This document shows positions 1 through 25,607 of a DNA stretch of 64,000 bases, in pieces. The translations under genes and the position numbers were made by a program. The DNA comes from Bugula neritina (lineage: Eukaryota; Animalia; Bryozoa). How positions within the stretch are numbered: the first letter of the stretch is position 1; the number at the start of each line of letters is the position of its first letter. The notes beneath the pieces were generated by a model. The model was not told the origin of the DNA and did no database searches. It was given only the letters and a program-made list of their open reading frames with translations. The stretch covers positions 27,387,673-27,451,672 of the forward strand of contig OZ037766.1 of NCBI GenBank assembly GCA_964035545.1. The letters run 5' to 3'.

Positions 1-1575
1 TATACTTGATAGCAATACTATGAGTACGTAATTGATAGTAAGAACGATAGTACTAATCCCATTCACTAATTGTTTTTGTAAGCAACTATTTACATGAGCA
101 GTTTAATTGGCTCATGTAAAGATGAAAATCATGCCTTTACTTTAATCAAAGAACTTACTGTTTTGATACGACTAATTCAAAGACAACAATTTTCTAAAAA
201 TAATTCAGAAGAGTATGTAACTCCCATAATAATATTACTACATGCATAGTTCTTGGTAAAGTATAAACAGTACTGGTTTCTTGTATTATGACACTTACTT
301 GGAATTCTGATAGATGCACTATTTATACAAAATGTGCACACTGTCTCAAATATGTTGACTTTACAAAAAAGTAAGCGAAAAATATATACCATGTATTATA
401 AGTTAATGTGCAGCACAGCATTTAGAGATTGGTTATAAGTAGCAGTAGATGAATACATGCCCCATGTATAAAATAAAGTACTTATTGACCTCATATAGTG
501 CAGAGTGAATAATTCAATACATTAATATAATATTCTCCTTATAAATGTTGATTGGCACATGTACAGTCTTTATTAAAACAATGATGGCTATGGTTAGGTT
601 AGTTTGTGAATGCATTGAAAAAAGATTAAATGAGATCTTTTAAAAGTTGAGGAGAAAAAACTTGTACGTTATAAATTTTAATTTAGCTAGAAGCTTGTAA
701 GCATTTTTGACTGTTTTGCACATGAGTTTATGGGGATAGTAAATTACATATGTATGGGGTGAGAAATTGGGATTAAAATAAGCAATTAAACAAAAAAATG
801 GAATCTAAGGCAAAATATTATTTATAATAATAACATTATAACAGGTTATCTATTTATCGTAATTTTGTCTGTTTCAGCTTTTATTCAAAGCAAGTTTCGA
901 ATTTATTTTTGTTAGTATAATATGTAAAAGACTAATACTATTGTAGTAAGAATATTGAGTAAAAGATCAATTATTGCAGTACACCTTATAGACTGTTTGT
1001 AGGTTGAACAAATACCCACCCACATACCTAATTAGCGTTGTAGAGAAAATAAAATTTTATATAAGCGCTGTGAATGTTCTAGTTAAAATAGTTAACTCAA
1101 GGTAAAAACTTATGTTCCCCAAAGCATTATGCGAACCCTCTGTGGTTTAGTTTGTTTGATATAAGAGTGAAAGGATAACTACTGAGAAATTATCCAAGGG
1201 TAAGACAATTAAGCTGATAAGATTTGAAACTTATTTACTCTTCTTAAACTTATACAGTACCTTTATTACTGTGCTATGTGTAATAGTCTACGTTTTCTCA
1301 CATTGAATGAGTATCTGATTTCAAACTGAATGGTGCTTTGTTGAAGGCATGCTAATCGCTGCATTTCCAAGCTAGTTCACATCAAATGAAAAAATTTTTC
1401 ATTTGATGTTTGGAAACCGTTGCATCAAATAAAAAATCTATTTGCATGATGCGAACTGCAATCAAAATTTCATCTATTCAAATAATGAGAAGTGATGGAA
1501 ACACAGTGAATGAGTAAAAACTGCCTTAATTTTAGTTATTGTAGCTGTATTAGTTTATTGAATGCAGAAAATTAA

Positions 1576-2331
1576 CACAGGATAGTTAAGGGCATCCTCA
1601 GCAAGAATATCATAAATTTCTCTCAAAATGTAGTTCAGGTTCTTGAATAATATTGCTCTGCGGGTGGCATGCGTGTTGCCTACTTGCAATTGTTTAGCCT
1701 AAGATTAAACTACAACCAATAAGCAGCAACCTTCAATAGGGCTGCGTCATCTATCAACATTCCATTATGGGTGCTACATAAACAAAGTACAAAGCAAGCT
1801 ATTCATTATAGCCTGCCAGCTAGCAAGCCTGTAATTAATATGTACGCGCCAATATCTTCTCATCCCTACGTGCTCATTGAAGCGTGAAGTGCTGCGCGCT
1901 GCTAATTTTCTATGAAAAAATATAGCATTTTCAGTGTATAAATCACCAATTTATGGGCAATCTAGGAGAGTTATTGGAAAAAGAAAAAAACTTACACTGG
2001 AGAAATATCTCAGGATTCCAGCAGTGCAATTTTTATTCAGATATCATGTTTTCCTGCTGAGATATTTTACTGGTACTGAAAAGTCAGCTTTTCAGGCAAA
2101 ATTGGCCAAAATTGGGCAGTTTTTTGTCTATAACTTTGCAAAAAAAATGAAATTTGAAATTTCCAAAAAACTTACACTGGGGAAAAAAAAGATCTATAAC
2201 ATAGTTTTTAAATTTTGACTCTACCACAATTAGGTGAGATTTTATTTTACTGGTACAGAATTCTTATATGATTACAATGCAAACCTCAGCAAGGCAGTTG
2301 CAGCTAAAAGGTTGCCCTTAACTATCCTGTG
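1576..2331. mobile_element. Non-autonomous DNA transposon (MITE-like) with CACAGG termini
   Basis: 19-bp terminal inverted repeat CACAGGATAGTTAAGGGCA ... TGCCCTTAACTATCCTGTG. Internal direct repeats (AAAAAACTTACACTGG at ~1985 and ~2165; TTTTACTGGTAC twice). No transposase ORF. Confidence 0.6.
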
Positions 2332-2639
2332 AACTGGAAACTAATGCCATAATATTTTCAAAGGCTTGAGTAGTTTAGAGCTTTTAGTGGACCAGAGCTG
2401 ATTCATGAGTATCATACACAAGCGTGAACCTCAAACCTTACTTTTAGCATAGTATGTTTTTATCATATAACAGGTAGACCATCCAAATTGTGAACTGCTA
2501 ATTATTAATAAACTTGTCAAAAACAGACTTTAAGCAAACTTGTTTATTGGATTATTGCAATTATATAAAAAAGTAGCATATTTTCTCATTATTTCAGCAA
2601 TAAGGATCTTGCAAGTTTTCATCTATTTAAGAAATGTTT

Positions 2640-12518
<9,879 letters not shown>

Positions 12519-12586
12519 GACTGGAGCTTTGATATGAAGATTTAGATGATTTAGGAAGAAGTGAACAGCTAGAAGGAGTGTATTAC

Positions 12587-12595
12587 GTTATATAC
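12587..12595 (-). promoter_or_regulatory. Putative TATA box of the 6-domain chitin-binding gene
   Basis: Minus strand reads GGGTATATAACG ~70 bp upstream of the ATG at 12518; the paralog has a similarly placed TATA at ~21170. Confidence 0.45.
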
Positions 12596-15500
12596 CCACA
12601 ATGCATGATTTATCTATGTCAAAAATGAGCCATAAAAATCTTACCTACAATACTTGAGCTTTGGAGCTGCTAAAAATTTTAACCTTGTAAAACAAAATAG
12701 ATAAGATATGCAACAAGTGGGCGACTTTTGAGTGATTAACTAAAATGCGTAATATATTTAAACAACAGGGAATTTAACTGGGAAGACGACATCTTTTCTT
12801 TATCGATTTGACGTCATTATCATTAATTGAAAAGGTTTAAATTGCACATTAGTAATGCCCATTTTGTAGTTCTTAAACATTTCTAGGAATCATTTGTTTT
12901 GTTTATAATAGAATAAGGAATAATATTCAAAAAAGATTTAAAAAAAAATAATACTGATGTATTGTAGTCACTACATATATTTGCCTACTATATTGGTGCA
13001 ACATAACTTTGCTTATGGTTTTTTCTTAATTTTGTTTTCTTTCTATATTATGTTTTCTTCTCAATCTATAAAAATGGGATCTTTCCTATTTTATAATTAT
13101 GTGAATAAAACTGTCATGCTGAAAACAATTATAATAATATTATATAATATAATATAAAGTAGGCTTGCGGAAAGACCAATTTTTAAAAACAATAGCTGAA
13201 TAAATGACGGTGAATCACAATTTTTTAATAAAATGGAAGCTTTAGAGTGGCAATACAACTTCTAAATATCCAACTTTGCAAGCAACTAGCCTGTGCATGT
13301 ACTGATCAGTTTTACCAATGCCTTTACTTATACTTAAGTTACTGACTAGTAAATTTGACAGCCTCTTTTTATGGTTAAGTTAAGTTGTAAATTTGAAATT
13401 TTTTTTGAAACTTAAAACATTTAATATTTTGAATAAGCTTTTGAGAATAACAATTACGTTTATAATAATATGTATAAATTGTGTCAAATCAACCAGATTT
13501 CAGAAAGTCCCACGCCTTTGCGTCTCAGATTTTGTTCATGTTTACACCAAATGGACCTGCACATGTCCTGAGTACTATTCTTGAATATTTCTGGCCTGAC
13601 ACAAAATTTTTTTGAGAAATGACTACTTTCGTGAACAAAGGTTGGGAAAAATTTTGAGGAAAATTTGTGATTTCTACTTTTAGACCAATTTATCAATCTT
13701 CATATCTCAAACATTTTTCTAGACTAAGCCTTAAAATTTGCTGTGTGATCTGGTGACACCTATCAATTTGCACTAGTAGTGACACATATTGCAGAATACT
13801 TTGCGTGCATATATGCTAGGCGATTGAATATTGGCAAATTTTTGTAAATTTTGAAAAATTTCGAATATTTGCCACATCATAAAAGGCGTTTATTTTTATT
13901 TCACTTTCATAAATCTTTATCCATAAATAGTTGATTATGGTGACTTTATACTCCTCAATTTGTGTAATTTTGAAAATATAATATTTTCCGAGATATTGAC
14001 ACCCAAAGTTAAGAAAATGTGACAATTCGCCCAACTTCACAAAGATGTAACCTGATGTTTGAATACAGTAAAATTTTTCAAACAAGCATTTTTCGTAGGG
14101 TCATTTAGTGTATTTTGTAGATTTATAAGTTTTAATGTTCTTATATTGTCCGAACTTAACGTAAATCGCACGGAAAAATGGTATATGTACGAAAACCGAC
14201 AGAATGCAATTTTTCAATATAATATGTTAGGATCATACATTTTTTATTATTCCTATTGGTCAAAATATCAAGTAGATACGTATATATTATTCCTATTTAT
14301 GTCAAATCCACTGAAAGTTACAATGAAATCCGATTTGTGTGCAATATTGTAAACAGATTCTGCTGCAAAGGGTGGGCATTTGTTGAGTTGATGCGGAATG
14401 ACCCATAACTAGGTAATAAATTTCTACATTCAAAACAAATAATTTCCAAACAGATGAATACTGTTTGTAAAGTTTATGAATAATATGCAAAGTACTTCCC
14501 TGATTACAGGGTCAGCTGTTCAAATTCCACAGAAACCGCTTTGAAGTGTGTTCTAAAGATAAATACTCAAGATGCAATGAATACTCTAAATACTTATGAA
14601 TTACATAATATATCTCAAGTGACAATAAAACACATTACTGAAATATTGCTCACTAGGTTTACTTTGCTATAGATCAAAGGCGTTGAAGAACCCATTTGAT
14701 AACCTACTGTATATCTACAACTATGTGCTCTTATACTAACTTAGTCATCCTTTTAATAATGCTACATATTCCTTGAAAAAATTTAAATATATTTGACAAG
14801 CAATATATTATTAAGATACACGGTGATATTATTAAATGGTCTTGACACTGCTATACTTATACACCAAAGAAAGATAAAACCTAAGATTACGAATTCATGC
14901 CTTTTTGAATAGATGTGGAACCAGAACATCTGCTGAACAAAGCTTTAGCACGTGCACAAGTTTATCACACAGGTTATTGCACAGATATAGTTTTCATAAA
15001 TTCATAATGTAAATATAAAAAAAATATATATGGCTGGTTGAACAGCACTGTATTTAAAAACAGCAGTATAGCTGCCTATATAATCATCATGTAATTTTTC
15101 AAACATCTGTAGAGCACATAAATAGTAGTCTACATAAATAGATAAAACAAACATGCAACTGTAAAGCCATTTTTTCCAAACAAATGCAGGGAATGATATT
15201 TTCACTGCACACTACTATATTTTATTAAAAGAGCAGAGCAAAAAGTGAACTGAAAAAGAATATGTACAATATAAATGAAAGCTACAATTCAATATGTTGT
15301 ATAGCTACAAGCTGTAACAATATGGAAAGCTATAGGAAGGGGATAGGCTGATCACAGTACTAAAGTAATTGGGAACTATTTCTTCTAACAGATTTCTCTC
15401 AGAGGTGCAGCAGTTTCAATTGGAAACTGGCTCGAGCCATTCTATATGTATTTATTTCTTTGACTATACCTAATGGAAACACTTTGGTATATAATATGTA

Positions 15501-15847
15501 TGCATGTTTTGTTGCGGTATTAAATTTACTATACATGCTGTATAAATTATAATCTATAAATTTACAGTGTTTTAATGAATCATATAAGTAATGAATCAGT
15601 TAGCAAATGAAAATTGAAATAAACGAAATTTTACACAATAAGGAATGTGTTAATATAAAATTTCATATCTGCATGTGAGCTGTGAATTTATCTCTTTTCA
15701 GTTTTTGGTTACTTTTTATTTGTTATTTGCATATGTTATATATTACGCAACTAAATAACAACTCCTTTTCAGACAAATAGCTTCATTTCTATAGTTCTAA
15801 GTTCAGCCAATAGGAAAATGATGGCAAGCTTTAGTTAATCAATTCCC

Positions 15848-16027
<180 letters not shown>

Positions 16028-16087
16028 AAATGAGTGTTTATAAAACGTTACTAGAGTGCTCTATAGAAATAAATCTAGAGCATAAAC

Positions 16088-16398
<311 letters not shown>

Positions 16399-16439
16399 CA
16401 TATATATAACAGGAACCTAAGTAGAGCATTAGATTTTGC

Positions 16440-17745
16440 ATCTCTTCATGTACAGATAACGCAGGAAGAGCGGTAAATTATCATGCATACAAAAAAGTCA
16501 CTCCTATACAACAAAGGTGAAGTGTGACGCAAAACTACAGCGGATCAGCTATTTGATGTAACTATGGGGAGTTACGATGGAGCAGAGACCTGTGAACTTG
16601 TAGGCACATTTCTCTTATATCATGTGACCAGTAAGCATGGGGCCCCATTTTCAGTTTATATCGAGATGATGGTTTAGGTGTCTTAAAATCTTTGGCTAGA
16701 ACCATTGAGGCTACAAAAAAGGACATATGCAACATTTTCAAACAATATGGGTTAAGAATTACAATTGAGGCGAATAAAAAAACAGTAAACTTTTTAGATA
16801 TCCACCTCAACCTCACAAACGAGATATAACAACCACATAACAAGCCAAACAACATCCCCACATATAATGTTCATGCAAAATCCAACCACCCACCATCTAT
16901 TATTTGTAACATCCCATAATCCATAAACAGATGACTTTCATCCATCTCACCCAGCTCTACCACATTCAACAACACAGCAATCTATCAACAAGCACTCATT
17001 AAAAGCGGATACATTCATAAGCTAAATTTCCACACACCCACACAAGGCACAAAGAAACCAAACCGTAGAAGAAAGGTAACATGGTTCAACCTTCCTTTTA
17101 GTAAAAATGTAGCTAATAACATCGGCAAAGGGTTTCTCAAAATTACTCGTGAGGAGTGTCTCCCCAGTCATGAACTCTACAGAATTTTTAATAGTAAAAC
17201 ATTAAAAGTGTCATATAGCTGCATGCCCAATATAGCAGCAATTATAAACAGCCACAATAAGAGAGTACTGAAGTCAGAAGAACAGGAACATCATACAAAT
17301 ACACTCAAGCCATGCAACTGCAAAAATTAAAAAGAATTGCCCACTGAGTGGCCAGTGCTGTACTGAGGCTGTTGTTTACCAGGCAACAGTCACCAACAAC
17401 AACACAGCAGCAGAGACATACGTGGGACTAACTCAAAACCAGTTCAAATACCGGTACAATAATCATACAGCCAGCTTTGGGAACACCAGTAAACAAAACT
17501 CCACTGTGCTAAGCAAACATATATGGAAGTTAAAGAACAACAGCATAGCTTATAAGATAAAGTAGAAAATTTTAGCCAAGGCACAACCATGCAACAAGCA
17601 ATCACTACTCTGCAAGCTGTGTCTGCTAGAAAAGTACTTCATAATATGCAAGCCACATCTATCCTTACTAAACAGCCGCAATGGGATCATATAACAACAT
17701 GCAGGCACGCTAGAAAGCTCCTCTTAGAGAATGTGACTTTATATT
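16440..17745 (+). mobile_element. Decayed, 5'-truncated Penelope-like retroelement (Naiad-type): reverse transcriptase C-terminal half plus GIY-YIG endonuclease
   Basis: Manual translation gives MGSYDGAETCELVG, LYRDDGL, VNFLDIHLNL, SNHPPSII, KVTWFN, VSYSCMPN, CNC..CPLSGQC, VVYQATV, TYVGLTQNQFKYRYNNH, LSKHIWKLK, CKLCLLEKYFII. Several stops and frameshifts. Confidence 0.88.
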
Positions 17746-17820
17746 ATAATCTTTTAATTACTTTCATTTTATCCAACTATATATTTTAATCCATTGGCTT
17801 TATAGCTTTTATACACATTT

Positions 17821-19038
<1,218 letters not shown>

Positions 19039-19623
19039 TATAGCTTGTAATGGTGCAATGTCTTGACTTTACTAAACATTTCCCTTAAATATTGAGTATA
19101 CTATATCTCAAGAGTTAATTTTATATACTGCATTTGCTTTGCTTTATTTTGTTGTTTTATATAATGCTCAACTTCGTTTGTACATTCTATATCTGCCTGT
19201 GTACATTTATTCCACTTTCTTAACTTTATTTTATACACATGCATGTGCCACAACCTTGCAGCGATTACAGTATAGCTATGTTTACCTGATTATTTTACTT
19301 ATGCTTTTATAACTTTATATTTAAATTCATATTGCAAGTTTTTGAAAAATGAAATATTATTGAAGATAATTTTAAAATGTGATTTTGACATAGGAAGTTG
19401 TTATGGTTACTTACTTGACAATTATAACAACCAATAAACTTTGATTAAATTATTGCAATATGAAGATTATGAAATAACAACTAGAGAGAACTTATTGAGA
19501 ACAACAAAAACAGTCAAATTTTGGCAAACTGAGATTTAAAGTTTATTACGATTCATGTACATTTAAAAAGTTTATTTGCTTGTAAATGAGGGCAAAAAAA
19601 CCATTTTTCTAGCTTCGGGAGAG

Positions 19624-21081
19624 TTAAGCCTTGCATTCTGTGTCCTCAGGCCAATTGCAAACGCACTTTTCAAGGTCAAATTGGAGATCTGCGGGGCAGT
19701 TGAATACTACAGGTGGAAGGATATCAGTTTCTTGAGTGAATTGCCTACAGTTGGTACCTTCCACTGGAGCGTACATGTTACCATGCTCTTCACAATAATC
19801 TAAAATGTAACAGTTCTTTTGTAAGAAAAAATTTTTTTTCTCATGTCAACTGTTGTAGAACAATTTATATCTAAATTTAGTCATGTTTAAATAATAGCAG
19901 ATGTAATAAAATGTGGCAATTCTATTTGCAATAAATAATATCAGTTATGCATGCTAATAAACGTTTGAAAGAAAACAGTTCTTGGTATTCTCATATTATA
20001 GTGGATGATATTTTAAGCTTGAAGAACGACAAAATATAGTTTTAGTTGTACCCTGTAGTCAAATGAAGGAAATTTGATGTCTTTTGAAACTAAAAAAGTT
20101 TATTATTACTGCAAATATTTATTCAATAAAGCATATATCTTTACTGCTCGTGCAAAACTAACTATACAAAGTAGATTGTTTTAGCCAGCAACAGAGATTA
20201 TTTAATGTGTTTCGGGTTGTTTTGAAGCTGATGAATAAAGTGAAAATACCTGAAGATGGTACAGATTCCTTGGCAGGTGGGCAATCAGCCGGGCAGCGAA
20301 CCAAGTTTTCCCAATTGCAGACGCAAGATTCTACGTCAAATAAAAGATTTTTGGGACAGTTGATAGTTCTGGCTTCTGAAAACATAGTTTGATGAGCAAA
20401 CTGTGTACAGTTACTCATTGAGGTGTAGGTGTTGCCTCTCTCTGTACAGGAACAACCACTAACTGAAACAAAGCAACCAAATATTTGATATAATCATTTT
20501 CTAATATTGTAAGTTGTAACACTTATATGAAAGTATTACAAAAACTCAAATAGTTACACAATCGCAACCAAATATATTTAAACGTCAAGACATATATTAG
20601 TTTTGCAAAGAAATAGCTGCAAATATAAAGATTAATCTGGTGTGAATAATGTGCTATAAAATAATCTAAATTAGCATGATTTTGTATGAATGCCTGGTTT
20701 GAAAAATGCATTATGTATACGATAGTTGTGAATCTGGCTTTCATATCTTCTTGTTGAACCACTACATTTATGCTTATCAAACATTAGAAAAAATCACAAT
20801 ATAGTGTTACTACAGTTAAAACAAATGAGTAATAAAAAATTAAAACTTTCGCCTCCCAACAGATAGAACTTATAATATTTTAGTGAGAGCATTTTTATAG
20901 TTTAAAAATTATTACACAAGTAATAAGAACTATTTTACAAATGAAAAATAATGATAGGAATTTATTTAGATTGCATATGTATGTTCTATAACTTATATTT
21001 AATATACTTACTCTTTTGTGATGTTGCCCAAGCTCCATAAGAAACATAAGCAATGCAAAAAGCTGCTAAGTAAATCTTCAT
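19624..21081 (-). CDS. Secreted two-domain chitin-binding type-2-like protein, ~152 aa
   Basis: Exons 21012-21081 (MKIYLAAFCIAYVSYGAWATSQK), 20250-20462 (CSCTERGN...CPKNLLFDVESCVCNW...CPADC), 19624-19799 (YCEEHGN...CPADLQFDLEKCVCNWPEDTECKA*). Phase-1 GT-AG introns; TATA-like element at ~21168-21175. Confidence 0.87.
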
Positions 21082-22169
21082 AGCTGCAGGGAAGTGAGTT
21101 TCTGACTTTCTAGAAGATTCTACCTGGAAAGCTGTGGACGAGTGACAGGAGATAAAATTGTAGCAACTTATATACTAGCTAGCTTACTGCAAATCTTTAT
21201 CTCGCTTGCCACGCAATAAAACTACATATCAGCTTTGACGTCAATAATGATGCATTTTAGTTTATTCAATTTTTGATTTCATGCTTTTGAACAACTTTCG
21301 CAAATTCTGAGAAGTCATTTGAGTCAGCAATAAAGTATGTATATACAATAAACGTTAAACTTTTGTAGCTTCATTTTTCTTCCAAAGAAATACAATGCAT
21401 AGCTACATGAGTCATATGTTTTATAGACTTAGAAAATGCAATAACACACAACTGTTTTTTTAATTTTATGAATTGAAATAAAACACATTTAATGCTATAA
21501 AAACGATTCAATGCCATACATTAATAAGATTATTAAGTGAATATATTAAGTTAACCCTTATTTTAATCTTCAAAATAAGCTAGATACTAACTTTCTTTAT
21601 TATAGAAGAACTATAGCTACTTGCATGGGATGCAAACAGCTTTTTGTGTCTACAGTAACCAAGTTATTTTATAGTGGAATAGGTTGTTAGTGACAATAAA
21701 AGTTTTGGCTTATAAGAGAGGCAGAATAAAATATTTCACTATTTAATGTATATATATATGTGACATAAAATATCAATATACTTTTATTTCTTGTAAAAGT
21801 TTTCATGTATTTGTTTTTTAATGTAATATAAATAGTGAACAATCTAATGTTTAGTTGGATTTTTGTTCTGCTCAAATAAAAACTGTTTTAGAAATTAAAT
21901 TATAATTTTTATACCAATTTTTATTGTGTTTTTAATTATAATGTCTTCAGCAAATAAACTAATTTCTGTGAGTTATCATTTTTACTAATTTTGTATTTAT
22001 ATTTCTCATCTAATGCGAATGCAATGATGTAATTTGTCATAACTTTTATTTATTGATGCTTTGATCTGTTGTATTTTTTTGTAAGGTTAAAACCTACGCT
22101 CTGTAGTTTGTCAAAAAAGATGAACGATTTTGATTCTACAGCTCTATAAATCTAAATGTCTATTTCTGG

Positions 22170-22268
22170 CCTATAATTCTCACCATTCTCCACTTTGTCC
22201 TGATCGGGTCGCTGGTGGCTGCCGGAGGCCTAGCTCAATTAGGCTTCTCCATCTAACCCTGTCCTGAT
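22170..22268 (-). mobile_element. 3' stub of a non-LTR retrotransposon (RTE-like)
   Basis: Minus strand reads QDRVRWRSLI, resembling the xDRxxWR C-terminal motif of RTE-type ORFs. Shares its 3' sequence with the insert at 10119-10266. Confidence 0.4.
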
Positions 22269-24689
22269 TGTCCTCTTCATTGAGGATGCTCAGGACAGTG
22301 CTTTGTCTTTATTTTTTGAACAATTTTTAAATTTTTACATTTAAAAATTCTAATAAAAAAAACTTCCCAATGAACCAAAATGTTCTTATAGCTGCAATTA
22401 TGTCATATGAACCCATGCATAAGCAGAAATGGTTAAGTAAGATAATTGATAATTTAATAATTGTGCCCTGGTCAAGCTGAATCACAACACCAATAATTTT
22501 TAAAGACTATATTATATTGCAAATAACACTTTATTTACTTGGTGGATGCTCTCACTGGCAATTTGCCAATAGCTAAACATGAAAACTAGGCATATTTACA
22601 AACAGTACAGCAATTAACACCAATAATTGAAATTCCAGGTTAATTATTATCATTTCTAGGTAGCAGGAATTGCTGCTAGTAAACTTATTTGCAGCATTTC
22701 ATTGGCTCAAACTGAAGTTATGCATTTATATGGTTTAGCAATTTCAGCTCAAAAAGAAGGCTGCATTAATTATGTTACCTGAAAATTACAAGGTTTTTTT
22801 AACAAGAGTTTATGCTAAAATTAATTGCCGCTACTTCTCAATTTGCTATGGCTTTCAGCCAACTACTACCTTTTCATCCTATATATAGTTAGTTCAATTG
22901 TAGCTATGAAACTGCATTATTTGTAATTCATTAAGTAATAGATCTAATATTTAATTTCATACACGCTTTCTCAAAGATTTTGAAGCAAGAATATTTTACT
23001 ATAATAAGATTATGGATTACATATTGCTATTCAATCAAATTCCAGGGTAGAGTCTAAGGTTATAATTCCTATATTATATGCAATTTGCTTAGTTTAAATT
23101 TGAAACATACAACAACTGCTCTGAGATTATAATTTTAAATTTGCAGAATATGTTCTAATAGCTAGGTTTACAATATGTTATTTTTAGTACAATTTATTGC
23201 TTGCTATAATTTAGCAGCTGGTAAAATTCTCAACATTCTTTGTCTAATGTTAGCCATTGCCCTGGAATAATAAAACACTTGATAGTGATGTAATTTGATT
23301 AAAGTAGTCATAAAACTTCCTACCAAGTGGCTCTTCAAAACCATGCTTATGTCATGACTGTTTTTATATATTTTATTGCTGTTTTATTGGCAAAACTAAG
23401 TTGTTGAGATTATTATGTAATGATATCTCAACTTCAAAATATTTTTATTATCTTTACAAACAGCACAAAACAGCTCTTTTATTGAAATATTGTACATATT
23501 GAAGCTATATTTTTAACTAACGTTTTTTTAAACCAACTTCTAAAACATGGCTGCACAAAAATGACTCAAACTGATCTTAAATATTTTTTCAGGTTTCATC
23601 AATTGATACGTTGAGCTACTGACCCAATGCAGTGTCATAATATATGGAAGTACTTCTGTCCAATGAGCTACTACTACATGTGTGTGTTGGTATATACACA
23701 AGTATATGAACTGCTTCCATTATAATGCTATAAGCCTATACAATGTCATATTTTTCATGGTATTTTGCAAAAACAATTTTAATATATTTTTAAGATTTAA
23801 ATGAATTGTTAACTCTAATGTTTAAAAACTAAATTAACTGGTATATATAGGTGCATTTCTGTTTTAAATAAAACTATAATTGGTTTATTTTTTAGATAAA
23901 TAAACCATTGGAAAACTTAAAAGGAAAAATTATGTTTTCTTCTACACCTATTCCACAATTGCTGGAATAACAATGAAGATTTTTGTCATTCACCAGAGCT
24001 GTCAGCTCAGTAAGTTTGTTTATAGAGGTATGCTGCAACTTTGCTTGCTTTAAACTTAAACTCAATCGGGCTCATACAATTTTCTATGAACTCATAAAAA
24101 CCAGATAAGATTAGAATCTAAGTGTGCTCTTTTCATTCTATGGTGTAAAAAACACAGTTGATCATTCAAAGGCAGCTACTCACTAACTTTTTATAGCATT
24201 GCTATTTACGTCAAGTTAGGGTGTGACCAAATTTTAGAGCAACTCTTACAGTGCAATCCAAAATAATCTTTGCTTTTGTCAATAGAAACTATTAGATATA
24301 TTTTTATTGCTTGGAGTAAGGTTTTTTCAAAATTCCATTGCATATTTTTCAGCTTAGTTCAATGAATTGATAGCTGCATAAGTTCCAAACAGAGATAACA
24401 GCCAATTTTCCTGTAAGTTTTGTTTGTGAATATAATGCACTAATCACATATATAAAATAGGATTTTATAATATTGCAGCAAAAGGTGAAAAATTAAATTA
24501 CTTCATTAGTTTTATTTATTCAAAGAAAAATTGAATTTTTTACATTGAGTCGTTTGACAAAAATACACGGCAGAAGCAGGGTATTTTAAATCAAGTGTGG
24601 TTTAGGAATTATCCAAGTCTAGAATAAATAGCTATACTTCATTTAAATAGATAAAATAAACTATCTACTTTTTATGTTGTTTTCACTGC

Positions 24690-25607
24690 TTAGATGCCTG
24701 CATTGAGAGAGCTTCTTTTCCAACGGGGCTGCTCTTGGTGTTTGGAGCACTTGTAACACCTTGCAGAGCTGTCACTACTGTAGTTGCACACACACTTCTG
24801 CACGTCAAACATCAAACCATAAGGACATCTATGTGTTTCCGTAGGTATCCCCTGGGCAGACTGTGTAAAGCTCTTGCAGTTGTTTCCAGTGACAGGAGAA
24901 TAGTAGTTGCCTTTCTCGAAACATGTGCAGTCATCAACTGAAACAACACTTAAACTATTCATTCATTTTAGCGGCTTTTGGAAGACTTCCCATTATGACA
25001 TTTAGTATAGACATTTTTATACACCTTATGCTACGGAGACATTTCACATACTTTGTTTAGTTTTTATAAAACAAAAAAATTGGAATAATTTTTACCCATT
25101 TATTTACCTCATTGACGCAACACAATAATAATAATATGACGTATGTTAGTCTTTGTGTTTTAATATATGTTCTTAACATATCTGATCTGCTCTAAGAGAT
25201 GAATAAAATGCTTTAATATTACCTGTAAAAGGAATTGTCTTCCTTATTGATGATCAGCATGAATCCCACACAAAAGTATTTAAAGAAAAATAATGCATAT
25301 TGATGTGATAACCACAAAAGAATAGCATGCAAGTTTACATATAATCTAGTGAATGGTTGTTTTCATACATATAAACATAATTTGAAAAAGAATAAAACAT
25401 GTTTAATATAAATAAACAAGGAAATTGTTATTGTTGGGCTGAAGTTGAAATTTTATATGAAATGTACTTACTAACAACGTGGTTGAGACCTTGAGGTAAA
25501 AGTTGAGCTTGTCCACCATACCCATCAGTCACAGGATCCTGGTTGCTAGCAGATACTAAGGCTAAACAAACTACAGCCAGGAAAATGGGAATACGACTCC
25601 AGCTCAT
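24690..25607 (-). CDS. Secreted single-domain chitin-binding type-2-like protein, ~127 aa
   Basis: Exons 25472-25607 (MSWSRIPIFLAVVCLALVSA... signal peptide; donor GTAAGT) and 24690-24937 (DDCTCFEKGNYYSP...CPYGLMFDVQKCVCNY...CYKC...*). AATAAA on the minus strand at ~24515. Confidence 0.82.

Noticed and set aside
13150-14400. CpG-richer block that looks like the interior of a non-autonomous DNA transposon
   Set aside because: Could not find convincing TIRs or a TSD; short ORFs there have no recognisable motifs.
16900-16960. In-frame TGA in the Penelope-like element as selenocysteine
   Set aside because: It falls at an Arg-like position (NR*LS), best explained by CGA>TGA decay; the element has other stops and frameshifts.
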